A stretch of DNA of 64,000 nt from Paramoeba atlantica (Eukaryota; Protista; Discosea). Position numbers and translations under genes: made by a program. How positions within the stretch are numbered: position 1 is the stretch's first letter; every line of letters begins with the position of its first letter. The notes beneath the pieces are model-generated. The model had not been told where the DNA came from and did no database searches. It saw only the letters and a list, made by a program, of their open reading frames with translations. Positions 1-10,945 of the stretch are shown in pieces. The DNA lies in assembly GCA_977017575.1 (NCBI GenBank), contig CDRNVI010000014.1, forward strand, positions 62,001-126,000, written 5' to 3'.

Positions 1-125
1 GCTTGCCCAAAGAATTGTTCAAAAAAAGGGGGGGGGAAGGAGCAGATAAAAGATGAAATCTGAAAATAGAAGGCAACATTAAAGTTAAGCTTCAGTCTTT
101 CTCCTCTTAATCCATTTCAGCCTAC

Positions 126-719
126 ATGGGTAAGCAGGCCAAGCAGGCTCTGAAGAAGAGATCCTTAGGTAGCGAAGCATTAGATCGTGAACCGATCATC
201 GGTCCAGGAAAAAATCTCGAAGCTTTGTCTTCGGGGAACGAAGAAATAGATGTCCTATTGAAGAAGCCTCGAACATTTGCTGCCGAAAAAATGGATATGA
301 AAGTCAAGCTGACATATAAATAAGAAATTTCACTCGATTCTCTGGCTTCTCTGCTACACTTAGCTCCGGAAGAATCTTGTCTCACCACTGTAATGGCTTT
401 TGTTGAGCAATGTTATGCTACTTCTTCGAAAGAGGAGAAATCAAAGATCACTCGCCGAATTTTGGAAGTCGCTCAAAAGAACAATTCTTTCCTTTTTAAG
501 GATGAACTGGAGTTTTCCTTCAAACGTCGGAAACTAGCAGAATTGATTATAGATACCCCCAAAGAACTCACTCAAAAGAGTAGTCGATCTCAAAATCAAG
601 ACTTAAACACAAAGCTGTGCACTTGGTTAGGTACTTTTGATGACCCCTTTTTAGGAGGGGAACTTTGCGCTCAACTTAAAAAACAAAGTATCGCGCCCTC
701 CGCGTGGCTCCATATCTGA
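126..719 (+). pseudogene. ORF1 (gag-position) of a tyrosine-recombinase retroelement, interrupted by one in-frame TAA (321-323)
   Basis: ORFs 126-323 and 393-719 are in the same frame. The joined protein is homologous by eye to the ORF at 54299 (VMAFVEQ/VMEFVEQ; LIIDTPK/MLLDPPK; TWLG..PFLGGEL/MWTG..PALGGQL). Polypyrimidine+AG lies 5 nt before the ATG. It directly precedes a YR-like frame. Confidence 0.55.
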
Positions 720-878
720 GAGTATGCTTTTTCACCTTATAGAATGGTTCAAACAACATGAAAATGGGAAACAATTGGCGGATGCAGTACGAGTTCTGTT
801 TTATGCGGCGCTGCGGTCATGCGAGGTAGAGCTAATACGGGGTGGTGATCTTTGTCGCACGAACCCCCCCATCTGCTC
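655..878 (+). pseudogene. Tyrosine recombinase N-terminal catalytic fragment, cut by a foldback insertion
   Basis: The frame is open from 655: RPPRGSISESMLFHLIEW...VLFYAALRSCEVELIRGGDL resembles YR box I (l...lR.sE...lr..Dl). The HxxR and Tyr motifs were not seen. Confidence 0.55.
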
Positions 879-1282
879 TTCGTGGTCCCTTGAAGCAGGA
901 CAATCTTACTCGTACCATTGAGTGATATGCAGCACTATCAGGCCACCACACTCAATGGTACCTTGGGCAGTACACTCATCTAGACCTTCGCCCAAAATTT
1001 TATACACACATTTTTTTGTTCTACCACTGGAATATGTACATCGCCTGTGACGGATCTATTGAGATATCAAATGCAGAACAAATACGTTTCTGTTCTAAAT
1101 GCGTAGCAATGAAAAAAACAGGCATATCTTTCCAAAATGTTCGAACTAAATAGGGGTATAAAATTTTGGGCGAAGGTCTAGATGAGTGTACTGCCCAAGG
1201 TACCATTGAGTGTGGTGGCCTGATAGTGCTGCATATCACTCAATGATACGAGTAAGATTGTCCTGCTTCAAGGGACCACGAA
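879..1282. mobile_element. Foldback/MITE-like element with 127-bp terminal inverted repeats
   Basis: 879-1005 is the reverse complement of 1156-1282 with about 1 mismatch. Each arm holds a 12-bp internal IR (TACCATTGAGTG/CACTCAATGGTA). No clear TSD. Confidence 0.85.
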
Positions 1283-1838
1283 TACTGAACTGTTCGTTGA
1301 TTTTTCATACGCTAATAATGAAGAATAATGCCACACAATGTCCTTAGCCGCTTAAAATGAGTGGATTACATGGGGATCTGAATTCGCCAGAGAATATAGT
1401 AAAATATAGATTTTTTCATTGAATATAGTTACTATATAGTACTATGTTTACTATATTTTACTATAAAACTATAAGAAAACTATAAAGTTTTTTTCACTTT
1501 ACAAGTGATATTTTTTGAGTCCTCTCCGCTTGTGAAGGACATACACACGCCTCTACATGCGGTCTTACACGCTTACATACGTATGATATGACAAGAAATT
1601 CTGAAAAAAATGTAACCCAAGCTAAAGTGGACGAGGGAGATACTAAAAGCACCTTTGGCAAACCACCATAAAAATGGAAGGGTATGTAGAGAGAAAGATT
1701 CTTAAAGATTCTTAATTTCCTTAAAGATTCTTTTGGCACGTTGGAATCCTTTACAAACCGGGAGATATCATTCCATTTTTGTGGTGGTTTAAAGGTGCTT
1801 TTAGAACCTCCCTCGTCCACTTTATCCTGGGTTACATA

Positions 1839-2608
1839 CAGTGGTTTCAGTTGATCTTGCCCCCCCCTCGGAATTTTGATTTTTTTTATCCTTTTTTGCT
1901 GATCTTTGCAGCATTGCAGAGATCTCGTTCCCCTAACGAAGAGCTTTGACGCCTTTTTTTCATAGAGACCCCCTGGTGACCCCTGGGTCCAAAAAACACT
2001 GTTTTTTTGGACGTTTTCTGTGTACACAACCATTTTTTGCTACATTTTCCCGATTTTCTGTACATTTTACACATGTAAGTACGAGTAATAGTGTTCTAAA
2101 TTGATAATTTGAAAGCTCCATGTCTAGTACCATCCCTATCGCTTAATTTAATATAGTCAACACCTCTACATTATGCAGACCAGACCCTCTAACCCCAAGC
2201 AGGAGGAGTACGTACAAGGATGGAATGACAAAAGAGAAGACAACCCCCCAATACCCCACAAAGTCCTCAAGAAAAACATAAAGTGTGCAACACAATTGAT
2301 TCAGTCCCAAATAGACTTCAAAAAGTGTTGCAAAACAATGGAGGCCATTCCGGATACTAGTTCTTTTCCTTCAGAGTTAACTTTTGGACACAAATTCCCT
2401 TTTTTGTTTCATTTTTGATATGGTAAAAAACTATCATTTTTTTTATTTTGGTCAACTTTCGGGTCACCTCAGGGGGTCTCTATGAAAAAAAGGTGGCAAA
2501 GCTCTTCGCTAGGGGAACAAGATCTCTCCAATGCTGCAAAGATCAGCAAAAAAGGATAAAAAAAATCAAAATTCCGAGGGGGGGGGCCAAGATCAACTGA
2601 AACCACTG
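1839..2608. mobile_element. Non-autonomous Tc1/mariner/pogo-type MITE, ~145-bp TIRs
   Basis: TA|CAGTGGTTTCAGTTGATCTTG...CAAGATCAACTGAAACCACTG|TA. Arms are ~1839-1983 and ~2461-2608, with a TA duplication. Confidence 0.85.
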
Positions 2609-2984
2609 TAGCTATCGAAACATCCTCCCTCTTCCCCGCGATTCCATCAGCGCCGAAAAATATCATCAACTAGTGTGTCCTCGGAAATAGCAATCTCCTC
2701 GGAAATAGCAATGAAACGCATGCGAAAGGAGTGACGATAGGAAGTACAAACTCTCCACTCGACAACACACCGCGTAATTTATTCAGACTCATATGATTGT
2801 ATTTATTCACACTCATAGAATTGTGAGCAGCAGTTATTCAGTCCCAAGACATAACGTCGGTGGCTCCAGCCAACGCGCGGCGGCAGCGATGCAGTGAGAA
2901 GATGTTCGGGACGCAAGATTCGCACAAGGCAATCTGTCAAGGCCACGCGATGGGACTGGGGTACGTCACCTCCTGACACAAGTT

Positions 2985-3200
2985 ACATTCAACCGCTTGT
3001 TTACTTCCCTCCGTGTGCAGCAGTTCAATAAAATAATCTTTGCAGAAACTACCCCTCGTAACTTTAATTTCGGGCATCAATTTTCGGGTTTAAAAATTAG
3101 AAGAATCGTACACAAATGAATTCGCCGTGTATTTATGGCGTGTTGGTGAGCTTCGGAGTGCTTAAAATGTGAAACTTTCGGGTCACCCAGGAGGTTCTGC
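2985..3200. repeat. Dispersed repeat, second copy at ~58545-58730
   Basis: Shared blocks such as TTCAATAAAATAATCTTTGCAGAAA and GGGCATCAATTTTCGGGTTTAAAAAT, in the same orientation. Confidence 0.65.
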
Positions 3201-3416
3201 GAACCCTGATGGGATTTATTAAATCATAATGTTATAAATATGCTACGGGATCTACCCTTTGAATAATTCTTAATTTCTTATGACAAAGTAATACGCACGG
3301 TGGCTTCTAAGAAGCTCACAAAAAAAATGTTCCCGTACATCATACTGATAAAAAAAAAGGTTTCTTGTATTCCAAGAAGCCGACATACAGTTTTCTGAAT
3401 AGCAGCCTTATCACGA

Positions 3417-4116
3417 ATGCCACAAAATAAATCTATAATGAACGGAGCAGATTTCCTTGAAATGGAGCCACTGGACGAAGGTGGTTACGCTACGTCGCGA
3501 ACCTTGTTTTCGAAAATTCGGGCGACGCAGATGCTGCCGCTTGATCCAATAAATGTAGCAGGAATCATTAGCTTACGGTATCTCAAAAATGTAGGTAGCA
3601 ACATGGATCTTCAGTGGGCAACAGAAAGTTTGGGAGCGCTCCAAGACGCGTCCTCTTTCCGAGAAATGGTGGGCCTGGAATCTATTAAAAGTCGTCATGG
3701 CTCATACTCAGAAAGAAAATGGTTGGACCATCTGCACGAACTGGTAAAAAGCAGAGTGCTAGAGGAAATCAGAAATCCACACAATTGTGCTCGCGTGTTT
3801 CTCCGCTATTTCGAGGTCCCAAAGAATAATACTGCGTCACGCAGCATTTTTGATGGAACTGCATTAAACGTACTATGCAAAAAACCGTTATGTGTGAACC
3901 TGCCTACCTTGTCAGAGGTGAGATGTGCTATATCATGCTTTCCGCACGGGTACATGTTAAGTGCAGATATGAGACATGAGTTTCACCAAATTGCATTTCC
4001 CAGGGGAATAGAAAATTTTGTTTCTATATTATGTGCAGGTATAGTTTTCTCTCTAAAGGTATTGCCCATGGGGTTTTCCCGGGCTCCATACTTTGCGCAA
4101 TGTGTTACATGGACAA
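3417..4116 (+). pseudogene. Reverse transcriptase of DIRS/VIPER/TATE (YR retroelement) type, truncated before YxDD
   Basis: Motifs FEVPK....RSIFDG..LN, SADMRHEFHQI and LPMGFSRAPYFAQ. The sequence turns into unrelated repeat at ~4117. Confidence 0.8.
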
Positions 4117-4200
4117 TAGAGGGGCTGCGGGTCGCGGGTTCGGTGCGGGTTCGGTGCGAAAAAAAATCCTCTGAAAGCATGCGAAATTAGTCGGAGCTGC
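4117..4200. mobile_element. Possible hAT-like element end truncating the RT
   Basis: Starts TAGAGGGGCTGCGGG with repeated GGTTCGGTGCG subterminal motifs. The other end was not found. Confidence 0.3.
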
Positions 4201-4236
4201 AGACATTGAAGGAGAAAAACAGTTAAACGGGGGTGC

Positions 4237-4400
4237 GTATTATTATTGCTTTTTGGATTATTATTGCATTTTGGATTATTAATGCACTTTCGGATTATTA
4301 TTGCATTTTGGATTATTAATGCACTTTCGGATTATAATTGCATTTTACACATTATTATTGCACTTTCGGATTATTATTGTATCTCGGATTATTATTGCAT
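4237..4400. repeat. Tandem ~18-19-bp repeat (GGATTATTATTGCA(C)TTT(T/C)), about 8-9 copies
   Basis: Visible directly, immediately upstream of the pogo transposase. Likely a subterminal array. Confidence 0.85.
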
Positions 4401-4412
4401 TTCCCTTTTCGG

Positions 4413-6302
4413 ATGGATAATTTATTTAAAGAAGGGGCTATTCGGTATCGGGAACAAACCTCTGATTTTGTACAAGCGGTGGACACAGACGAAGAATGTG
4501 TATCACTGAAAGGGGACGAAGGTGCCGTAGATGAACTTGGAGTCGAAGAAGATATGAGCAATCTCGATACCTACTCTATCCGTGAAGGGTTGCTTTGTGA
4601 AGAAAGCAGCGACCTAGAGAAAATGAGTGACCTTGAGGAAGGATCTATAGATCACGTTGATGGCGTGCATTATCCAGGAAGCCCACTTAACCCTTGCATA
4701 CCTAAGAATGAGATCGCCTCTGATAGTGCAAGCACACCCGATGTCATTGGACATAAACGACGTCGTGTCAAAGATAACTACCGTGCATGCAGACCCAAAT
4801 CAGAAAATAAAGATCGCGGATACCGTGTGGACGTGCCAGCAGAAGTAAAACGTTGCGTTTATGCGTATTATATGACTTTGCCGGAAGGTGAGTCAAAATA
4901 CGGCCTTCTTCCGAAGCTTAACGAATACATTCGAAACAAGTGGGCTAAAAATAAGTACCGCTTATGTACCAAGCTTCAATTGATTGAATGGGGAAAAGTG
5001 AGTGCAGAGACAGACATGAGAACACCACATAGAAAGAATCACCCTCTAGAGGATTTGAAAAAGCATTTAAATGCTTTTATACGAGGAGCGCGAAACGCAT
5101 TTGGTTTGGTCACGTTCTCAACTATTATGAATCAAGCTCACTTATACTTGTCCGAACACCCTGTACAAGCACAAAACGAAACAATCACCACGGTGAGCTA
5201 AACTTGGGTTTCTCGATTTCTTCGAAGCGCACATTTAAGTCTTCAACTGGTAAAACGACAGACAAAAATGACTCCTGACGAAATTTTATCCAAGGTTCAA
5301 AAATTTCATGAGTTCATCCATCGCTCTCTACAGACAAAACTTTTTCGGCGTGTTATAAACTTCGATGAAATTCCCATTTCTGTTCGTGGAACAATGAGCG
5401 CGCTCAAGACAGTTGCTGTTCGAGGTGACCCCGATGTCGTCGTAAAAGTTAACCCAAATGACAGCAAGAGGTGCGCGACTCTCATCAGCGGAGCTGTTGT
5501 TGAGATCGATGAAAATTTCAATTCTGTTGCCCACTTCTTCTTGAAGCCAATGATCTTATGGAAGGCAAAGGGTGTAATTATGCAAAAAGAAAGTTTTGAT
5601 CCTCGTACCGGTCGAGCCTTCACGCCAAAAGGTGTTGCAAACACTGAATTCTTTCTTTCTGCATATGTTCCGTACTTAAAAAAGCAACTTTTCGAAGAAA
5701 CTGCCCATCCATCATTACTTATTTCAGATTCCTGCCGCTCATATGTTACACAACAAGTGTTGGATTCCTTTCTCAAAAGCGCTCACTGCTACCCTGCTGT
5801 TTTTCCCGCCGGGTGTACATCCTGGATTCAATGGATCGACGTGTATTACGCTTCGCATTACAATCAACATGAGAAACTGTGGCAATCAGAACACAATTTA
5901 CTACGTACTTCAGCGCAAAAGCGACAATGGGTACACAGCATCGTAGCAAGAGCTCACGCCAAAACAGTTGAAAACATGGATGTGAAAAAACAATTTGAAC
6001 ATCTCGGGTACACTAACCCTACCCTAGCCAAGTTTCGATCAAAGACTCTGAAGAACTACTCTTTTGTTCCTTCTAGTATTGAACCGGAAAACGTGGCTAC
6101 TACGACAGAGAATATTGAAGAGTCTTTCAAGAAAGGCCTACAGGCCGCTACTGGGTCCTCTCTGAGTCGTTCTCGTCTTGATAACTGGGGGTTTGTCCTT
6201 GGCAAAAAGAAACCTGACGAACCTATACATGCACCCGAAGCATCGAGCGACGACAAAACTTTTCCGGAATCTTGGTGGACGTTTGACCAAGAAAGCAATT
6301 AA
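4413..6302 (+). pseudogene. pogo/Tc5-family transposase with a single in-frame TAA (5199-5201)
   Basis: ORFs 4338-5201 and 5268-6302 share a frame; read-through gives S*TWVSRFLRSAHL (CENP-B HTH end). The DDE_1 motifs are NFDEIPI, LLISDSCRSY and PAGCTSWIQWIDV. Confidence 0.85.
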
Positions 6303-6747
6303 ACGACAAAGTTAAGCAAATAACTTAGACCAATAAGTTTTTACTGAATGACGAGCTTTTATCCATTTCATCTGAACGATTCGTACTTTCTTTGGGCGAT
6401 TTATACTTTTAAGGAAAGTCAAATGAAGGAATAAGAGAATATTCATATGAAAATTATTTTATTGAAAACCTAACATTGAACTGATGTGCTGAGTAAAAAT
6501 TTGTAACCTATGTTTTGACTGAAATTTCTAGGCGAAGCATATCCACAAATATTTAAAACTTGTTTTACGAATCACTTACAAGCGCTTTCAATGCGTTAAG
6601 CTCAGAGGTAATAAAACAAAATAGAAATCGTGTCAATGATCAGAACAAAAAAAGTAAGAAAAAACTCATCTAGAAAATGATTGTATATCCCGTTTAATTT
6701 TTCTGTATTTCGTATTGCTTGAAAAAGTGCATGTCTTGAATTCTACC

Positions 6748-7149
6748 CTAAGAAGTCATTTCTTTGCTCTTACGAACATACGAAGCTTTCTCCGCCTCAG
6801 GTAGAGCGCGCCACAGTTTTCCAAGTTCCTTTGCTCGCTGGACCGGCTTTAGAGTTTTCGGAACTTTCTCCTGATTCGCTTTTACGAATATCATAAAGGG
6901 ATTCGCAGCACCCCGTTTGGAACGTCCCGGGTTTTTGGCTTTCGAAATCTTTTTAGGGGGTGTCAGGCTTTTGGCCTTCTGCTCGTACGCTGCTATTTGC
7001 TCTTTAGAGAGATCTCTGTACATCTTTCCCAAGGTTTTTCCAATCTGACCGAATCGAATGCCAGGGTTGCTAGCGATAACTTTTTGTCGGGTTTCTTTGC
7101 TAAACACCATGTAGGCGTTCATACGCAGTCCTAGGCTACGGAAAAGCAT
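6748..7149 (-). CDS. Tandem HMG-box protein, kinetoplast-associated protein (KAP3/KAP4)-like
   Basis: Two HMG boxes (NAYMVFSKETR..., NPFMIFVK...LGKLWRAL). Basic, 133 aa, with a short presequence-like MLFRSLGLR. Confidence 0.85.
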   Translation of the reverse strand: MLFRSLGLRMNAYMVFSKETRQKVIASNPGIRFGQIGKTLGKMYRDLSKEQIAAYEQKAKSLTPPKKISKAKNPGRSKRGAANPFMIFVKANQEKVPKTLKPVQRAKELGKLWRALPEAEKASYVRKSKEMTS

Positions 7150-7530
7150 AGTGAGTGGAGTGGTGAAATAGAAAGTCAGTAAGTTTCAAGATAATGAAAA
7201 AATGCAATAATAGATGGCGAAAGAAAAGTTCGGTGCAAAACGTTAGTACTGGATCAATATTTTAAAAAGATTGATACATCTGCTGAGCACCTGTATAGAA
7301 GGGAAGCATCACCTGCATTTGAACGCGTAAGTGCTCCTTGTAGTATACTAAACAGTACAGGCAACGTTTCGGAAACATGATTTCGTAGGAGTCCCCTGGT
7401 GCAAAGATTCGATACTTCGCTACCCATAGTTATAAGTTTCTCGCGAAATTTCATTTCATTTCATATGTTGCCCTAAAAAATTGTATTTCCGTGTTATAAA
7501 TCCCTATTCTAACCTATTTTCCCTTTTCTT

Positions 7531-7986
7531 CTAACGTTTTTTAATGGATTTCTGCAATAGAGCACTTTTTCGTTTATAGAAATCCCTTTGTTCCTTAGGA
7601 AGGGCTAGCCATAGTTGTCCAACCTTTTTTCCTCTTTCGCCTAGACTGGTTGTGCCGGATAAAGTTGGCTTGACATCCTTGGCAAACAGCATGTAGGGAT
7701 TACTTTTATACAGTTCAGATTTTATGCGCGATCTACTGTTTTTGGGTTGCTTTGGTATCAAAGCTCCCTCTCTAATTTTTTCCTTCTCAATAGAGTTGAG
7801 GTTTGCAGCTTTTTTTACGTACTCTGCATGGCGAACTTCTGAAAGAGCGTGATACAATTTCGCTATTTGCTTACCTACTTCACAAAATGAAAAGTGTGGA
7901 TATTTTTTTCTAATATCCAAACGATGATCTTTGACGAAGAGAGAGTATGCGTTCACAAAACAATATCTGGAGCTGCAAGCGAACAT
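7531..7986 (-). CDS. Second tandem HMG-box protein, KAP-like paralogue
   Basis: NAYSLFVKD...IAKLYHALS and NPYMLFAKD...VGQLWLALP. Short N-terminal leader. Confidence 0.8.
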   Translation of the reverse strand: MFACSSRYCFVNAYSLFVKDHRLDIRKKYPHFSFCEVGKQIAKLYHALSEVRHAEYVKKAANLNSIEKEKIREGALIPKQPKNSRSRIKSELYKSNPYMLFAKDVKPTLSGTTSLGERGKKVGQLWLALPKEQRDFYKRKSALLQKSIKKR

Positions 7987-8467
7987 GGAAACAAAACAAA
8001 AGTTATTGCAAGTACGATTATTATTATAGTTATTGCTTTAGAGACTGAGATAGGTAAGGTACGGTGCAATAAAAAGCATTTTTCCTGCACACCAAGAAGA
8101 TGTCGGTTTTAGAGAGAGAGAAAGGCGCTGACACAGCGAAAGAGAATGCGATTCTAACCACCCACTTTTGCGGCAAAGAAAGACCCCTTTGCGCCCGAAA
8201 ATTAGCTTTCTTCTATTAAGGGTTACGGCAAATGCTTCTTTCACACGTGGGGTAGGGATAATAATAATAATAATTCAAAAATTAGTCCCTACCAATACAA
8301 GGCACTCATCTGACACGAACACGCCGTCATTTCATCATCACAGAACATCACCACAGCTTCGTGTCGACAGCGAAACAGAGGACTCTGATGCTTCTAGCGA
8401 TGATTCAGAAACGAAAACTTCTCTACCCACAGCTATTCACAAAGGACAGTATTACCCCTTGCCCTAC

Positions 8468-9379
8468 CTACCAATCCACCGCCTCCGGTAGTACTTCTGG
8501 GTGATGGCCATCAAAGGCATTGCCTTTCACCCAGACACGGTGTAAATTCGTAGGAAGATTTCTACAGTCCAATATTCCAGAAAATTTATTATTTTGCAAA
8601 TGTAAAAAAACAAGCGACGGCGAAACACGGGATACGTCGGGGCATCCACTAAGACGGTTGTCATTTAACCGCAGCACACGAAGCGACGGGGGAAGACCCG
8701 AGAGGTCGATCCCCCCGTCAAAAAAATTATGACCCAAATGAAGGGCTTGAAGCCTCCCGGGAAGCTCCTGTAGATAAACCGACCCGTTTAAAAGATTACG
8801 CGGCAGATACATTTCCACCAGCGTAGGGGGCAGTGAGGTCAGACCAATGGGACCCGCAAAGTGGTTCCCCCCAACGTTGAGCTGTACCAAAGCCCGAGGT
8901 AGTGCGCTCAAGTCCAGGGTACCGCTGAAGCGGTTGTGCATCCCCTCGAGTCGGTGCAACCCCGGGGGGAGGGAGGCCCACTCCAGCGGTCCCGAGAACG
9001 CGTTGTGGGAGACACGAAAGGCCTGCAGCGAGGCAGGGAGACACGCCGTGGGGATTTCTCCCCGAATTTCGTTCCCCACGGAGCTTCCGAGGTTCAGCAC
9101 CTCGAGCGTGGGAGGGGTGTGGGCCCAGGAGAGGGTCCCGCGGAGACCCTTTCCCAGCCACGCGACACGACGTAGCCCCCCGTTGCCGTCGCACGTGACC
9201 CCTTCCCATGAACACCCCGGGGTGTGGGGGTTCCAGCCCTCCCGTAGGTGCGTAAGGCCCTCGAGGAAACGCAGCAGTTGCAGTTCCACGGGGAGGGTAG
9301 ACGCGTGGACCTTGGAGGTGCGGGGGAGAGGGGACGCTGCGGCGGGGTCCGCGGCGTGAAATTGAGGAAAAGAGTGCAT
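8468..9379 (-). CDS. Leucine-rich repeat protein (LRRNT cap + plant-type LRRs), GC-rich member
   Basis: WNPHTPGCSWEGVTCD cap followed by repeated LPxxLxxLxLxxNxFSGxxDL. Confidence 0.9.
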   Translation of the reverse strand: MHSFPQFHAADPAAASPLPRTSKVHASTLPVELQLLRFLEGLTHLREGWNPHTPGCSWEGVTCDGNGGLRRVAWLGKGLRGTLSWAHTPPTLEVLNLGSSVGNEIRGEIPTACLPASLQAFRVSHNAFSGPLEWASLPPGLHRLEGMHNRFSGTLDLSALPRALVQLNVGGNHFAGPIGLTSLPPTLVEMYLPRNLLNGSVYLQELPGRLQALHLGHNFFDGGIDLSGLPPSLRVLRLNDNRLSGCPDVSRVSPSLVFLHLQNNKFSGILDCRNLPTNLHRVWVKGNAFDGHHPEVLPEAVDW

Positions 9380-9674
9380 GGAGGAAGAGCAGAGGCCAGG
9401 GGTGTGTGTCTATAATTTAAGGTAAAAAATCAAACGAAAACAGGAAATGTGCGATACAAGTGGCTGCACGGGAACAAGAGTACATGGTATAGAAAATGGG
9501 GCTAGACCACTGTCCGGGCTATTGTACCTAGGGACACCTAATGTACCTCCTGGGTAGAATGTATAATAAGTGCCACTAAGGCCTTTAGAATACCTCCTTC
9601 CATTAATCTTACTGTATAGGTCAACCTAAAAGGCGTTACCTCTCTTACTGGGAGGTACTATCTATAGGGAAGTA

Positions 9675-10184
9675 TCATATTGGGAGGGTCTGATTTAATT
9701 TTTTTAAAAGAACAAACGGCGGAATGTGAGATGTAGCATGTAGCTGATTTCCACTGAGATCAATATGACTGGGTTGAGTAACTAATCTTGAAAAATTTAC
9801 CAGGCCTTCAAACCGATTATCACTCAATATTAGATAAGTTAGATTTTCGGGGAGGGATGTGAACTGCAGCGTGCCGCTAAACTGGTTTCCTGCGAGATTT
9901 ACATACGTTAGAGAAGGAGGTAGCGCGGTTAGATCGATGGGACCAAAAAGATTACAATGTTCAACTCGAAGTCGAACAAGTAGGGTAGGAAGATCCGCGA
10001 TAGGTAGTGTTCCGGTAACTCCTTTTCGACAAGTTACAGAGAAAGACTGAGTAGTACGTGGCATATGGATCCACGCGAAAGTACCGGAATATTCCACATC
10101 ATCACTTTCAAAAAGCCCCCGGTAAAATGCTATCATAATATCCTTTACATTTTCGTTTGTATCACACGTCACTCCCATCCATTC
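9675..10184 (-). pseudogene. LRR paralogue A, 5' end replaced by a duplicated segment
   Basis: Begins mid-cap (EWMGVTCD). Paralogous to 15868-16503, and joined at CATTC to the copied block. Confidence 0.8.
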
Positions 10185-10702
10185 CGGCTCAAAATTAGAC
10201 GAGATAGATTTTTAGGGAGGGACGTGAACTCCAGCGTGCCGCTAAACTGATTTCCTCTGAGATTTACATACGTTAGAGAAGGAGGTAGCACTGTTAGATC
10301 GATGGGACAAAAAAGATTACAACGTATTATTTGAAAAAAATGAAGTAGAGAAGGGAGGTCCGACATTGGTAGCGTGCCTGTAATTCGTGGTTGGTCCCTC
10401 ACCACAAAAGATTGAGTGATATCTGGTATATGGATCCATGCGAATGTACCGGAATACTTATCCACATCATCATGCGCATTATCATAAAGCCCAGTGGAAC
10501 CTACGGCAATGTACATCCTTTCATTTTCATCACAGTCGACTACACTCCATTCACATGCCCTCGTTTCAGTTGTCCATGATTCGTCGGGATTAGAAATATT
10601 TGACATAAGTCGTACCATACTGTATTCCTGCGGGAGAAAAGCACCTCGCACTTTGGCAGGACGAGTAATACCTGTGTCGCTACTGAAGAAAGATAAAAAC
10701 AT
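10180..10702 (-). pseudogene. LRR paralogue B, 3'-truncated duplicate
   Basis: Identical to the 16503-start ORF until LILSRN, then runs out of frame into paralogue A. Confidence 0.8.
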
Positions 10703-10945
10703 TATACAATAGCAAATGATGATATTTTAGGCTAAGGAAATCTAGGAAAAATCTGATTCACAGGTGATACAAAAAAATCTTTTGAACTACTGTGACATGT
10801 ACATTACATAGTGCTGCGGTTTTTAACCAAACGGCAGGAACGAGGAGATTTGAAGATCACCCCTCTAGGCTCCACATGTTGGTTACGTTGAATGATATTC
10901 AGTAATAAATGATGAATTAACTCATAATGTTTTATTAGTAAAGAA

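Noticed and set aside
676-684. AAAAAAC slippery heptamer in the ORF1/YR overlap as a programmed -1 frameshift
   Set aside because: The frames as assembled differ by +1, not -1, and the element is decayed.
4220-6700. CAGTTAAACGGG (4220) / CCCGTTTAA (6689) as TIRs of the pogo element
   Set aside because: Only 9 nt match, the terminal CTG is not aligned, and there is no TA on the left. Unsupported.
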